Source of the DNA: Cyanophora paradoxa CCMP329
Taxonomy: Eukaryota; Plantae; Glaucophyta
Reading direction: 5' to 3'
DNA length: 64,000 nucleotides
Assembly (NCBI GenBank): GCA_004431415.1
Contig: QPMI01000514.1
Span: 248,001-312,000, forward strand
This document shows positions 1 to 11,892 of the stretch, piece after piece; positions within the stretch are counted from its first letter, which is position 1, and each line of letters starts with the position of its first letter. The position numbers and the translations under genes were made by a program. The notes beneath the pieces are model-generated. The model did not search any database and was not told where the DNA came from. It saw nothing but the letters and a program-made list of their open reading frames with translations.

Positions 1-1597
1 CCCCGCATAGAGTGGACCGCCCGGCCCTAGAGAAGCTCGGGGGGTGAGGGGGGAGGGGACGTTAGGGCAGGGATGCCTCGCTGGGCGGCGCTGACAGAGG
101 GGTGGGGGGGCAGTACCACCGGGTGATCGAGAGCTACGCGCAGCTCATCTTCTGCGTCGTCGTCGAGCGCAAGCTCTGGGGTCCGCCCCGCCCCGCCCGA
201 TCGCGATGCATCCCTTGGCCGCCGGGCGAGGCATCGAGCGCCGAGCGCCGAGGGGCGGGGGCGGGGCGTGCAGGGCTCATCACGTGCCACTGCCGTCACC
301 CGCGCTTCGTGCCGGCGGCCTCGCGCAACGCCCTCACGCCCCTCGTGCAAGTCTTTGGCAAGTGCCTCGAGATGGTGCGAGCCGGTCCATCGCGCAAGCA
401 GCTGCTGATCGCCCCGCCCCTTTGCGGCTGCGCTGGGCCGGGCGGATCCGCATCGGAGCCCCTTCAGATCGGCTCCCTTGCGAGCGCTCGCAATTGAGAG
501 CGGCGCGCGCAGATCTACCTGGACCGCAAGCGCGAGGCTGAGATGCGCGTCAAGCGACTCTCGCTCGAGGTGCGCGCGGCGGCGCCGCAGTCGCCGTCCC
601 CGCACCTTCGGCCTTGGTCTGGTCGAACCGCGCCCTCGGGGCAGATGTTCTCGCGGCTGGCGAGCGACCCGGACGGCATCGCCGCCGACCTCTTCCTGCC
701 GCCCGCCGCCCGGCCCCACCCAGAGGTCACGCTTTCCCTCCCCGCCCCGGCCGGCCCCGGAGGCCTCGGCGGCCCCGCCGGCCCCGCCGGCCTCCCGCGC
801 CGGGGGAGCAGCAGCACCAGCAGCAAGATTGATAGGTGCGCGCCCTGCTGGCAAGATGGGCCGGCGCCACGCGACCCACCCGGGTGCGGCAGCATGGAGC
901 GGCACTCGAACACGCTGCTGGACATCGTCGACTGCTGCGGGGCGGCCGTCGTGCAGGCGCTCGCGCCGGCCTCGCCGCCTGGCGGCAGAGAGGGCTGACT
1001 CGGGGCCGGGGGCGCAGGGGGGCCTCATCACCGCGGCGGGGCTCGTCCCCTCCAACGCCGAGATCCTCGCCCTCGGTGCGAGAGCCGCCTCCCGCTTCCG
1101 CCCTGGCCCCGGGCGGGTCGGCCGGCGACGGTGCGCCGGGCGGACGCTCGCCCGTGACGCCGCCCTCGCGGGGGCGCGCAGTCGACGTGATGAAGAGCCT
1201 GCCGGCGGCGAGCCACGAGAGCAGCGAGGAGCAGACCGACATCCTCACCAGCCTCGCCCTGTCCGCCCCGCCCCGCCCTCGCCCTGGGCGCGCCCCGGGC
1301 CCGATGGCGGCGCGGGGGCGCGCAGGCGGTGCGTGTCGGAGGTGCCGAAGCGGACGGCGACGCTCTGGTTCGCTGAAAGCGCCGTCAGCGAGGTGCGCGG
1401 CGCCGAGCGGGGCCGAGGGGGCGGGGCGGTGGGCCTCGCGCCGCTGAGGGACGCCGCGCGGGGCGCCAGATGGCGACGTGCGCGGCGGGGATGGCCCTCG
1501 GGTGGTTCGGTGGCTTCGCCGCCGCCGCCGTCGAGCGCGGCCACGTCCTCTGGGTCCGCCCCGCCCCCCTCCCGCCCCTCCCCGCCCCTCCCCGCTC

Positions 1598-1629
<32 letters not shown>

Positions 1630-4600
1630 GCAGGTCCAGATCTAGCGATCCACCCGCAGCTTCGCGAGGCTATCGCGCATCTTAACCAAACGAACCTGCT
1701 TAGCCAACGAAACCAATTGCAAACTGACTAATACAAACTAACCAAAACATAACTGCCAAGCCAACGAAACCAGTGACAAATGCGAACTGGCTGAACTGAA
1801 CGCTGCGCAGTTCCGCGAGGCGAAGTCGCGGGCCGTGCACTGGGCCGGGGACGTGGGGCCCTACACGGTGCGCGCCTCGTCCCGGCGGCGCCGGGTGCGC
1901 GGGATGGGAGGCGGGTGCGACGTGCGGGCTGGGCGCAGGTGCGGGAGGGGGTGATGGAGGCGCGGGCGAGCCTCGAGATCTGGCGCCAGCTCGTCGCCGA
2001 CCGCTGCCCCGTGCGCGCCCCCGCCCAGCCCCCCTCCACCGGCCGGGGCCTCCGCCCACGCGCTCACCGGAGCCTCGCGCCCGCGCCCCGCGCCCCCTCC
2101 TCCTCACCCCCCTCCCCTGCGCCAGGCGTGGACGGAGACAGACGTCTCCGCTGTCGCCGCCTTCGCCGCCGCCGCGCGCAACGCGTTCGTCCTCATCGGC
2201 GCGCCCCGCCCCGCCCGCCCCGCCCCGCCCCGCCCCGCGCCTCGTGGCTCGGCTCCGTCTGCTTGGGTCTGAGGGGGCGGGCGGGAGGGCAGAGGGCCTC
2301 TCCGCGCGGCGCGCCTACGACCGCCTCAAGGGCATCCAGGTCAGACGGGGCGGACCCCCGGCCTCACTCACTCGAGTTACGACGGGGGCGGGGCTGAGAG
2401 GGGCGGGCCGGGGCGGGGGCGCGCAGGCGCTGACGGCGCAGGAGGAGTACGAGCAGCTGCTGGCGAGCCTCCCCGTCCCCATCGTCATCCTCGACTCGGC
2501 GGTGCGCCCGGGCCCAGACCCAGACCCAGGCCGAGGCCGAGGGCGCCGGGCAGCTGCAGGCCCGGGCGCTCGCTCGCTCGCATCCCCCCGCGGCAGAGCC
2601 GTGCCCTTGCACGTAGAAATCGCCCTAAATGTAGGTCTGCGGGGGCGCATGCGCAGGGCACGGTGCGGCAGTGGAGCGCGAAGATGGTGCGCGCGCGAGC
2701 GGGGGGCGGCTGGGGCGCGTTGGGGTTGGAGCTGAGGGCGGGGCGGGGCCAGGCGGACATTCTGGGGCGGAGCGGGGAGGAGGCGGTGGGGCAGGCGTGC
2801 CTCGCCGCCTTCAACCTCGACGCCGACTCCGAGGCCCGCCCGCCCCCGCCCCCGCCCCGCCCCGCCCGCGCAGCGGCGCTGACGGAGCGCGGGGCGGCGG
2901 GGGCAGGCGTGGCGGACCTTCTCGGACGTGATCCGCAAGGCGAACCTGCACGGCTTCACGACGACCGGCGTGGAGGTCGGCCCCCGCCCCGCCCCATCCG
3001 ATCCGATCGGATCGCAGCGAGCGCCGCGCTGACGGCGCCGCCCCGAACCCCCGGCCCCGCGCGCGCTCGCGGTCGCAGCTGGTGGTGCCCTCGCGCACGC
3101 GGGCCCGCCGCCTTGTGCTCCTCGTCTCCGTCGCCCCGCGCCGCTTCCTCCCACCCCACGTGCCCCCGCCCGCGCCTCTCGGCCCCTTCGCGCAGCACTC
3201 TGATGGCAGCCGGGCGCAGGGGACGCCGGCGGGGGCGCAGGCGGCGGGGCCCTCGCTGGGGTACGGCGCGATCGTACTCTGCCAGGTGCCCGCCGCCGGC
3301 CGCCCCCGCGTAGCCTGCAGCCCCCGCGCCCGCCCCCGCCCCGCGCGCCGCCGTCATCGAGGCGGGCGGGCCGAGCGGGGGGGGAGCGCTCTAGGGTCGC
3401 TGCCGACGGGGATGGTGTGCGTCGGGTGCTGGTGGTGATGGCGGGGCGGGGGCGCGCAGGAGATGACGCGGGAGCGGGAGCTGGTGCAGGCGGCGCGGGC
3501 CCTCGAGGCGCGGGCCCTCGAGGCCTCCACCGCCAAGTCCCTCTTCCTCGCCACCCTCTCCCACGAGGCCCGGCCCCTCTTCCTCCCCTCACTCCCATCC
3601 CTTCCGATCGCATTCGATCTGATCCCGCCCGTGCTCGCACACGCCCACCGCAGATCCGGACGCCCCTCAGTGCGCCGTCGGCCCGGTGGAGGGGGCGGCG
3701 GTGACTGACCTCGCCCCCGCGAGCGCAGACGGATGCCTGGGGATGCTGCAGCTGACGCGCGAGCTGCCGGGCCTGCCCGCCGAGGGCGGCGAGTACCTCG
3801 AGAAGGTGCGCCGCCCTTGCCGCCCGCCGCCGCAGCCGCGCCGGCCCCCCGACCGCCCCCCCGTGCGCGCGCAGGCGGTGCAGTCGTGCGAGATCCTCCA
3901 GACGATGATCTCCTCGGTGCGGCCGTCGGGCGGCCGGCACCTTGTGACCGAGGCCCCTCACCGCCGCCTCGGCCCGGGCCGCCGTGGTGCAGGTGCTGGA
4001 CTGGACGCTGATCGAGGCGGGGCGGCTGGCGCTGCGCACCGTCGAGTTCGACCTGCGCGCCATGGTCGCCGCCGCCGTCGCCATGGTCGCCCCCAAGGCC
4101 CGCCCCCGGCCCCGCCCCCGGCCCCCGCACCTAACCTTCGAGAACTTCCAATATCCGGAGTACCCCCGAGCCCGGCCCAGCGCTGCAGAATTCGAAGCTT
4201 AGCAACGAGCGGCCCCTGGGCGAACTAGGGCTTTAACGGCTTTGATGCAGCAGCTTTGATGCGCGCGGCGGCTCCCGGCCTGGGGCCTCACGCGGGGCGG
4301 GCAGGCGGCAGAGAAGGGCCTAGCGATCGAGCACAGCTTCGCGGACGGCTTCCCTTCCTACGCCGCCGGCGACTGCGACCGCCTCCGCCAGGGTCCGCGT
4401 CCCCGCCCCGCCCCCGCCCCCCGCGCCGGCGCCTGTTGAGGGCGACGGCGGCGCGCGGCAGTGCTTCTGAACGGCTTGACAAACGCGGTCAAGTACAGCG
4501 AGCGCGGCGTCATTGCGGTGAGCGCGGGGCCCGCGCCGGGGACCGCCTCGGGGCCCCCCCGCGGAGCTCGAAGCGCTGGCGTGGCCCCTAGAGCAGCGCA

Positions 4601-6985
4601 GTCGATCCCCGACTCGACCCGGAAGCTGGCGCGCTGACGCGGCGGGGCCGGCGGCAGGTCCGCTGCACGGTGCTGGACGACGACGTCAAGTCGCTCACGA
4701 CCGTCGATTACGTCGGCTTCCGCCTCCGCATCTCCGTCTCCGACCAGGGCCCGCCCCGCTCCCCGCTGCCCCCCCCTGCTCTCCCCCGCTCTGCTTCGGG
4801 CCCTGAGTGCGCGCGTGCAGGGCGGGGCATCGCGGCGGAGAGCATCCCCAAGCTCTTCCGCATCTTCTCCCGCGTCGTCGACGACGACCGCCCCGACCCC
4901 GGCCCGCCCTCCCCCGCCCCGCCCCGCCTCGCTTGGCCGCGCTGACGCGCCCGGCCCTCACAGGCGGCACTGGCCTGGGACTGGCCATTTCGCGCCGCCT
5001 CATGTGAGCTCTGATCTGACTCGGCTCAGCTCAGCTCTAGATTTGATCGGCGCCGCGGCCGCCGCTGACGGCGCCGGGGACGGCAGCGAGCTGCTGGGGG
5101 GGACGGTGGAGGTGGAGAGCGCGGTCGGCGTCGGCAGCACCTTCCACTTCGAGTTCCCCATCACGGTCCCCGGCCCCGGCCGCCCCGCTCTGCCTCCCAG
5201 CCACCGCCCACCCCCGCTCGCGCAGGTGCTCCGGCGCCCCCCGCTGCACGCGACGGTGCAGCGGGCCGAGGGCGCGATCCGCAACGCCGCGCTCCCCCTC
5301 GCGCCCCTCCCGTCCCGCCCCTCGTGCGGCTCTCCGACGGCGGCGGCCGCTCCGGGGGGCGCGACTGCGTCGTCGTCGGAGGCGGCGGGGCGCGGCCGCC
5401 CGGGCGCCGCAGCAGCTGCCCTGGCGAGATCCCGCTCCACCTCCACCCCGACGCCGCCTCGCCCCGTGGCCGGCCGGCCACCTCGCCCCGCCCCGCCGCC
5501 GCCGGGTCCGGAGCCGGGGCGCCAGCCGCCGACGCGAGGCCGGCCGCCGCCTCTCCGCCTGCGGCCTCGGGCGCCCCGCCCCCTACGACCGCCGCCGCGG
5601 CGACTCCGGCCAAGACAGCTGGGGGAAGCCTCAACGCGGCCGATGCGCCGGGCGCTAGCGCCCCGCAGGTCCTCCTTGTCGAGGTGCGCGTTCGATTCCC
5701 GCCCGCGGCTGATTGTCAGCGAGTCTGTAGCTGGGGGCAGTGGCGCGCGGCTCCAACATAGAGCTAGATCAGATCAGCGGTTTACAGGCCGCATTGCAGA
5801 CAGAATCACACCCTGCTGATATCGCTATCCGTCGCCGATACGATATATACGATCTGATGCATAGTGACGGCGGGCGGGGCGGGGCCGGGGGCGCAGGACA
5901 ACAAGCTGAACGCACAGGTGGCGGCGAAGCTGCTGAAGGCCTGCGGCTGCGCCGTCTTCCACGCCTGGGGTGCGGCCGGGCGGCACCGGCCTCCCTGCCC
6001 CTCTGACGACGTCCTCTCTCCCCGCCGCCCCTCAGACGGCGTCGAGGCCGTCGACATGCTCACCACTCCGGTGCCTCTCCGCACCTCTCTCGCCGGGCCT
6101 GCGCCCGCGCCCCCCTCGGCCTTCCCCTTCTCACCTCCCAGCCGCACGGACGCGCAGGACGCCCCCTCTACGTACGACCTGGTCTTCATGGGTGCGAGCC
6201 CGGCACGCCGCGGCGCCGCCCGGCGACTCGGAGCTACATTGCTTTCTCCCGCTTCCGTCCTCCTGCTTGAGGATGCGGGACGAGATTGAAAGAATGTCGG
6301 GGCTCTAGATGTGCTGGCGATGGGTGGAGAGGTTGGGCTCTGCGTGCGTGCGTGCGGGGCGGGCTGACGGGGCGGGGGCGGGGGCAGACGCGATGATGCC
6401 GCGGAAGGACGGCCTGCAGGCGACCCGCGAGGTCCGCGCCCACGAGGCCGCCCTCGGTCCGTCCCATCCGCCCCCCACGCGCCCCGCAACGTAGCCTCCC
6501 TTCTAGAGCCGCCCACGAGGCCGGCCACGGTGCAATGCACTGTCGGTTATAATTACCCCATTCTACGCCTCCGCCCCGCCCTGCTGCCTCCTCCTTCGCA
6601 TTTACATCTCACGCCGGGGGCTGGGCGCGCGCAGGTCTGAAGCCGATGCCGATCGTCGCCCTCACTGCGAACGTGGCGGCCGAGTGCCGCGACGAGGCCC
6701 TCGCCGCCGGCCAGGACGACTGTGCGCCGCCCGCCCCGCCCCGCCCCGCCCCGCCCCGAACCAGACCCTCCCGTTGTTGGAATAGTTCGGACGCCCATAT
6801 AGCCTGCAGAGCGCGTGCTTCGCATCCTCTAGATCTAGCCGGCTTTGGTTCGGCGCGGCCGATCGTGATCGCGGCCCGCCGCAGACCTGACGAAGCCGAT
6901 CCTGAAGAAGGACCTCGCGGCCGCCGTCGCCAAGTACGGCCTCCCCCGCGCCGAGGCGCGCCTCCGCGCCCCCCGCCGCTCCTAG
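1..6985 (+). CDS. Phytochrome-like hybrid histidine kinase PhyX1 (GAF end-PHY-PAS-HisKA-HATPase-REC), multi-exon, 5' part outside window
   Basis: Spliced exons read YHRVIESYAQLIFCVVVERKLWG|LITCHCRHPRFVPAASRNAL (phytochrome GAF end); LW|FREAKSRAVHWAG...MEARASLEIWRQLVADRCP|AWTETDV (PHY tongue); LASLPVPIVILDS (PAS); KSLFLATLSHE|IRTPLNG (H box); NGLTNAVKYS, DQGRGI, GGTGLGL (N, G1, G2); VLLVE|DN, VFMDAMMP, LTANV, LTKP (REC). Stop TAG at 6983-6985. Confidence 0.9.
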
Positions 6986-8817
6986 CCGCCCGCCCCGCCG
7001 CGCCAGTTTGATTTGTTTCCGACTTCCCTCCTCCTCAGCTAGACCTTGTAGATCGCTTGCACGTGCACGCACAGTACTAGTTTGTTCTGCTTTTTCATTT
7101 CGCGCGCGATCGATATCGACGTACGCGTCGCATGTTGTCACGTGAAGTCATAGTGCATCATCTCGAGCTCACTGGCTCATATGCATTATGGCAAGATCAT
7201 GTGAATTGATCATTTGGACTGTTTGATCGCTCTAGTTCCGAATCGGTATCGGTGATTCAGTTCAAACTCTCGCTGCCAGGCAGTCGATTGGCCTATATCT
7301 AGCTTTGGATATCGACGTCGACGTCGTTTAGCCAACTATAATTTTAGCTGTAGTCAGATTATTCTCTGCGCAAGCAGCAGCGGGTATCGCTAGTTGTATT
7401 TTTTTTGGCAATAGGGGCTTCCTTTCTTTGCGGCGCCATATGCATGTGACCAGCTCAGAATGTCTGGCTTAATTATAAGCTTGCGATACACTGACAGCTC
7501 TAGTTGCCGTTGATATAGCTATCGATTTCATGCCAAAAAGCCAAATAATCGATCGCTATACTGAGTAGCTAGTTTCAGTTTCTTTTTGCGATTGAAGATC
7601 AAGATTTTCCTTCATTTCTCTCTTTGCAGCTAGCGCTGTGCGGTGTTTGGCTTCTAGATCTCGAGGTCATGCTAGAATATTAGTGGCACTACATCTAGCT
7701 ATAGATCTGCAAGTTTTCTTGATTTGCAATGAATTAGCTCGCGATCGAAGTTTCGAGCATAGACAAGGAATTGACTCAGTGAAATTTGTCAGATATCGAT
7801 GCGACGGGTTCGGATTTTCAGCTATAGCAACCTTAAGCTTCGGGCACCAAATTGCAATTGCAATATTAATGCCAGATATTAATGTGCACGTGTATATACC
7901 CCAACTTCCCCAAGGCCTGCTTCCAACACATGCGCATGCGCATCCGTGCATTAATATTATTATAAACAAGCGTACGTACGACGTATATACGTGCAGAACA
8001 CGATCGCGAGCTCACGATCGATATCATATGCCCTCCCAAATGCACATAATTGACACTATAGCTAGCTATAGCTATATAATGCCCTTTCTGTCCTCATTGC
8101 CTACTTAATCTTAAATCGACGTTTTCTCCAGCGATAGCAGGGAAAACAATTATATTATTTGATCCATATGAAGCAACGATGTATCAGATAGATTCGAAAT
8201 TTGAATGTTGTTTATATCTGTATTAGTATTGCAGGTTTCACAGGAGTTTATGGCGAGCTGATTATGAATGTACGGCAATGAGGAGGATGAAGCCGAGGCT
8301 AATGACGTCGACAATTTGAAGTGCGACTTACCGACGTATACCGAAAGAATGCGTATAAACTGAACCGCCAGTCCTTGCTAGAGGCCTGCATATGTATATG
8401 ATATCAATTGTCAACTGAAAGGCATCAAGCCCATGCATATGATTGAAGACTAAGAAGCCCAGACTTTGCAGAAAACATGCATATGCGCACTAAGTGATCA
8501 TCAACGAAAGGATATTCACTGAAGCTTTCACTGAAGGATATTCATGAACGAAAACTAGTCAAGCTTTCACTGAAGGATATTCAAGTGAAAGAATTACTAC
8601 GTCATAGAAAAATAAGACTAGCACTGAGTTCGATGCTATATATAGCCACATGATCATGAACAAGACGAACAAACGCTAAAGGATAAATCACGCGATCGAT
8701 ATCGATATCGCCGCGCGCGACGTGGAAGAGATATATATATAGATATAGCAAGACTCTAACTTGGCAATAATAGATGTATATATGCTCTACGTATACCACC
8801 CTACAGCGCGAGCAGCT

Positions 8818-8968
8818 TTTTTTTTGCAAAAGTGGACGTCGCATTGATACACCACGGCACATGTATCAATGTTCTACGTGACGTGCCCTTCCGACCGGTC
8901 AACTATCTAGCCGAAGGTGCTAGCTAGGTGCCGGCCATGGGTCGCTCAATATGGGAGGTTCGCCTGAG
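8818..8968 (-). mobile_element. Short poly(A)-tailed retroposon (SINE or heavily 5'-truncated LINE)
   Basis: Poly-T at the left end; flanked by direct repeat CCTACAGCGCGAGCAGCT at 8800-8817 and 8969-8986 (TSD); 3' end resembles the element at 40053-41203. Confidence 0.8.
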
Positions 8969-9051
8969 CCTACAGCGCGAGCAGCTCGCGATCGCTGGAG
9001 CGCGCCCGCGATCGCTGGCCCTCGAGCCACGTCTAAGCGACGGGCGCCGGC

Positions 9052-9307
9052 TGTCGGATGGGAAGAAGCCCACCCGGTACGCCCTGCGCGGTCTAGCGCA
9101 GGCGGTGGTGATAGCAGGAAGCACAAGTGGTCTATTCACAAGTGTACCCGTACAGGGACGGCGTACCCCTCAGATGGGGCCGCGCCCGGCGCTAAGTCAC
9201 AACACAGAGAGCGCTACAAGCTAGAAGCTTACTAGCGCTAGACTAAGGCTAGAGGCTAACCATAGACTACCAGCTAACCTAGTCCGAGGGCATCGCGGCA
9301 TGCGACA
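9052..9307 (-). repeat. 3' LTR of the Gypsy element
   Basis: Direct repeat of 15964-16219 with TG...CA termini. Confidence 0.95.
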
Positions 9308-9940
9308 ACTCCTCACTCTGCATACGATGCGTCCGCGCATCGGACCGCGCCAAGCTCGTCTGCACGCGCAGCGGGTCTCCCAAATCGCGGCGGCGACGGA
9401 GCAGGAGCTCCACTCGAGGTAGATAGGTCATCATCAGCAACCAGCAGCACCAAGTCGACGAAGTCGGGGTAGATAATAAGGGTAGAGGTAGTAGGATCCG
9501 ATACCAGGTATGCATGTACCTAAGCAACCCTGGCAAAGCTCGAAAGTGCAGAAAAGCATAGTGGCTGAAACCCGTGACTGGCCCAAAACTCGCTCCGTAC
9601 GGCGAGCACCGCAGGAGAGGGGCACGGATGGGAAGTTTCACCGCCTCGGAAGAAAACACGAGGAGGTATCCGGGCCACCCATCAGGCCCAACGAAAGAGC
9701 AGGGCACGATAGAGTGGACCGCCGGCCGTACGCCTTTCTTGGGCCGCACGCGCGCAAGCAAAGCTCACACTCTACCACTCCTCTGAGCTCTGGGCCCATA
9801 CTCCAGAAAAGGGAACGAAAGTCTTCAAGGTGCAAACCGCCACCAACCCACACTTTGCCCGACAAGACAGCACAAGTGTGATCGGCCGACGTCCCTTGAG
9901 AGAGCCAAGGTTGAGGCAAAGCTGGCAAAGAAATCTGCCC

Positions 9941-11600
9941 TCACAATTCTTCCACCAAGATCACATCGGTGTCGCCCTCGGCCGCCCCAACGGGGCCCTC
10001 GGCGCCGACATCAGGGACAATATTTGTGTTTTGGTCAGGTTGCGTAGAGTCCGAAGAGGGGTCGATGGGGTCCACCGTATCCACGTCCGGCTTCCGTGGC
10101 CGACCCAAGCGTGGGCGAGCTTGAGACTCAGAGAGCCGTGGCCGGAAAGGAAGCATGCAGTCGATGTGAGCCACGGTCTCGCGCAGAGGGCGGACCCGGG
10201 TGTCACTCAAGGCCGAATAAGGTTTAGCCGATCCTTTCACCGTGTAGGTGTAACCGCCAGGGTTAACGCCGGTAACCGTGTAGGGACCGACCCACGAATT
10301 GTACAGGCCTTTATCATGGTCACCCATCCAGCACAAGACCTTGTCGCCCACCTGGAAGCGACGGCGATGCGGCGGGTTGCCTGTGCGAGCTACCATACGG
10401 CTCCGATAGAACCGGCGATACTCGCGCGAGGCAGCATCGGTGCTAGCCGCGGCCTTCGTCATAGCGAGGAGGTAGTCGGCTGGATGCGTGTGGTCGGGGT
10501 TCGAGAAGCGAACGCCCGCGCCGAAGCGCACTTCGCAGGGAAGGTGCACATCCACGCCACGGTGCAAGACCATGGGCGAGAAGCCGGTGGCGGAGTGCAC
10601 GGTCGTTCGCAGGGCCAGGACGATGTCCGCATTGTACATGGGCCAGTCAGAGAGAGGCCTCTTGTGCTCGCGGCACATCGCGTAGGCGAGTGTTTTGTAA
10701 ACGCCACCGAGGCGCTCGGCGCCACCGTTGGTAGCGTGGTGGTAGGCAGCAGCATGCACGAAGCGCGTGCCCTTCTCTTTGAAGAACTCGTTCCACAGGC
10801 CCCCACCAGCTGGGAACCGCGGTCCGTGAGGATGCGCGCAGGGACGCCTTCATGCATGTAGAAATCGATCGCGGTGGCCAGTAAAGCCTCGCCAGAGACG
10901 CGGGCTAGCGGATAGATATAGCAGAACTTGGTATACGCGTCGACGTACGCGATAATGTACCGCAGTCCGTCTTCATGCATATCCAAGTGGAAAATATCCA
11001 CCTGCCACAGGTCGCCTCGGCCCGAGGGCTGTATCACTTGGATAGCGGTACGGCGGGGCTTCACTGCCTTCGCAAACTGACAATGGGGGCAGGACCGCAC
11101 GAAGCGCGCGATCGAAGCGTACATGCCAGGCCACCAGAATCGCTGAGCAATACGACGCGCGATCACGTGGGCTCCGCGGTGGGCCCAGCCCTCGTGATAG
11201 GCGTACAGAACTCGGTCGATCCAAGCGTCAGGCAGTACGGGCAGGAACCGGCCGGCAGGCACTAGCGGGTTGCGCTCGATGACGCCGTCTTCAGCGAGGC
11301 TGAAGTCGTCGGCCAGCCTCACGAACCGCTCCTTGGCCGCAGGCAGTGCGCGCACGAGGAAGAGCAGGGGTCTGCCCCTCGTTTGAAGCCACGTGAGCAC
11401 CGAGTCGGATTTTCACCCTTCTCATAGTAGCCCATAAGCTTCTTACAGAGGGGGTCTTCCTTCTGTGCGGCGAGCAGGCGTTCCCGTCTCTCGAGCGGAA
11501 ACATGCGTCGCAGCGAGTCCGGGAGTGCGCCATCAATTGCAGGCGAAGGCCCGCAGGCCCAGGCGTCGAGGACAGTGTCCACAAAGACCGGCTTGCATGG
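9941..11600 (-). CDS. Gypsy integrase (HHCC zinc finger, rve core, GPY/F module), split by apparent frameshifts
   Basis: YHEGWAHRG...CPHCQ; WQVDIF; VDAYTKF; ILTDRGSQ; NGGAER; WVGPYTV, spread over ORFs 11319-12029, 10459-11400 and 9941-10759. Confidence 0.9.
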
Positions 11601-11892
11601 CGGGCGGACTTCCCGACCTCTGGGGTCGAGCTCGACCCACCGCCGCGGGGCCAGCGTCTCCACGGACACCACTTCGGAATCTGGAGCCTGAGGGCTCGGC
11701 CGTGAACGGCCTCCGCGGCGATGCAGCGGCTTCGGGGCGTCGGGCGCGGTAGGTTGCACCCGCATCTGATTCCGCGCCGTCTCGGGAGACAGCGAACGCC
11801 GACGGGACGGTCCCGGGGGCGGCTCCCTCTCGACGGGCTCCGGCTCCCAATCCAAGTGGATCGGCTCCGGCACCTCGCTCTGGTCGGCCGGG

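Noticed and set aside
1600-1810. Poly-G run and AAC-rich stretch in a PhyX1 intron (other G runs at about 48712 and 53876)
   Set aside because: Low-complexity intron sequence with no TSD or terminal repeats seen; homopolymer lengths are unreliable.
8818-8930. Hairpin-rich segment as a Fanzor/TnpB omega-RNA or ribozyme
   Set aside because: No RuvC-type ORF nearby; the poly(A) tail and long TSD explain it as a retroposon 3' end.
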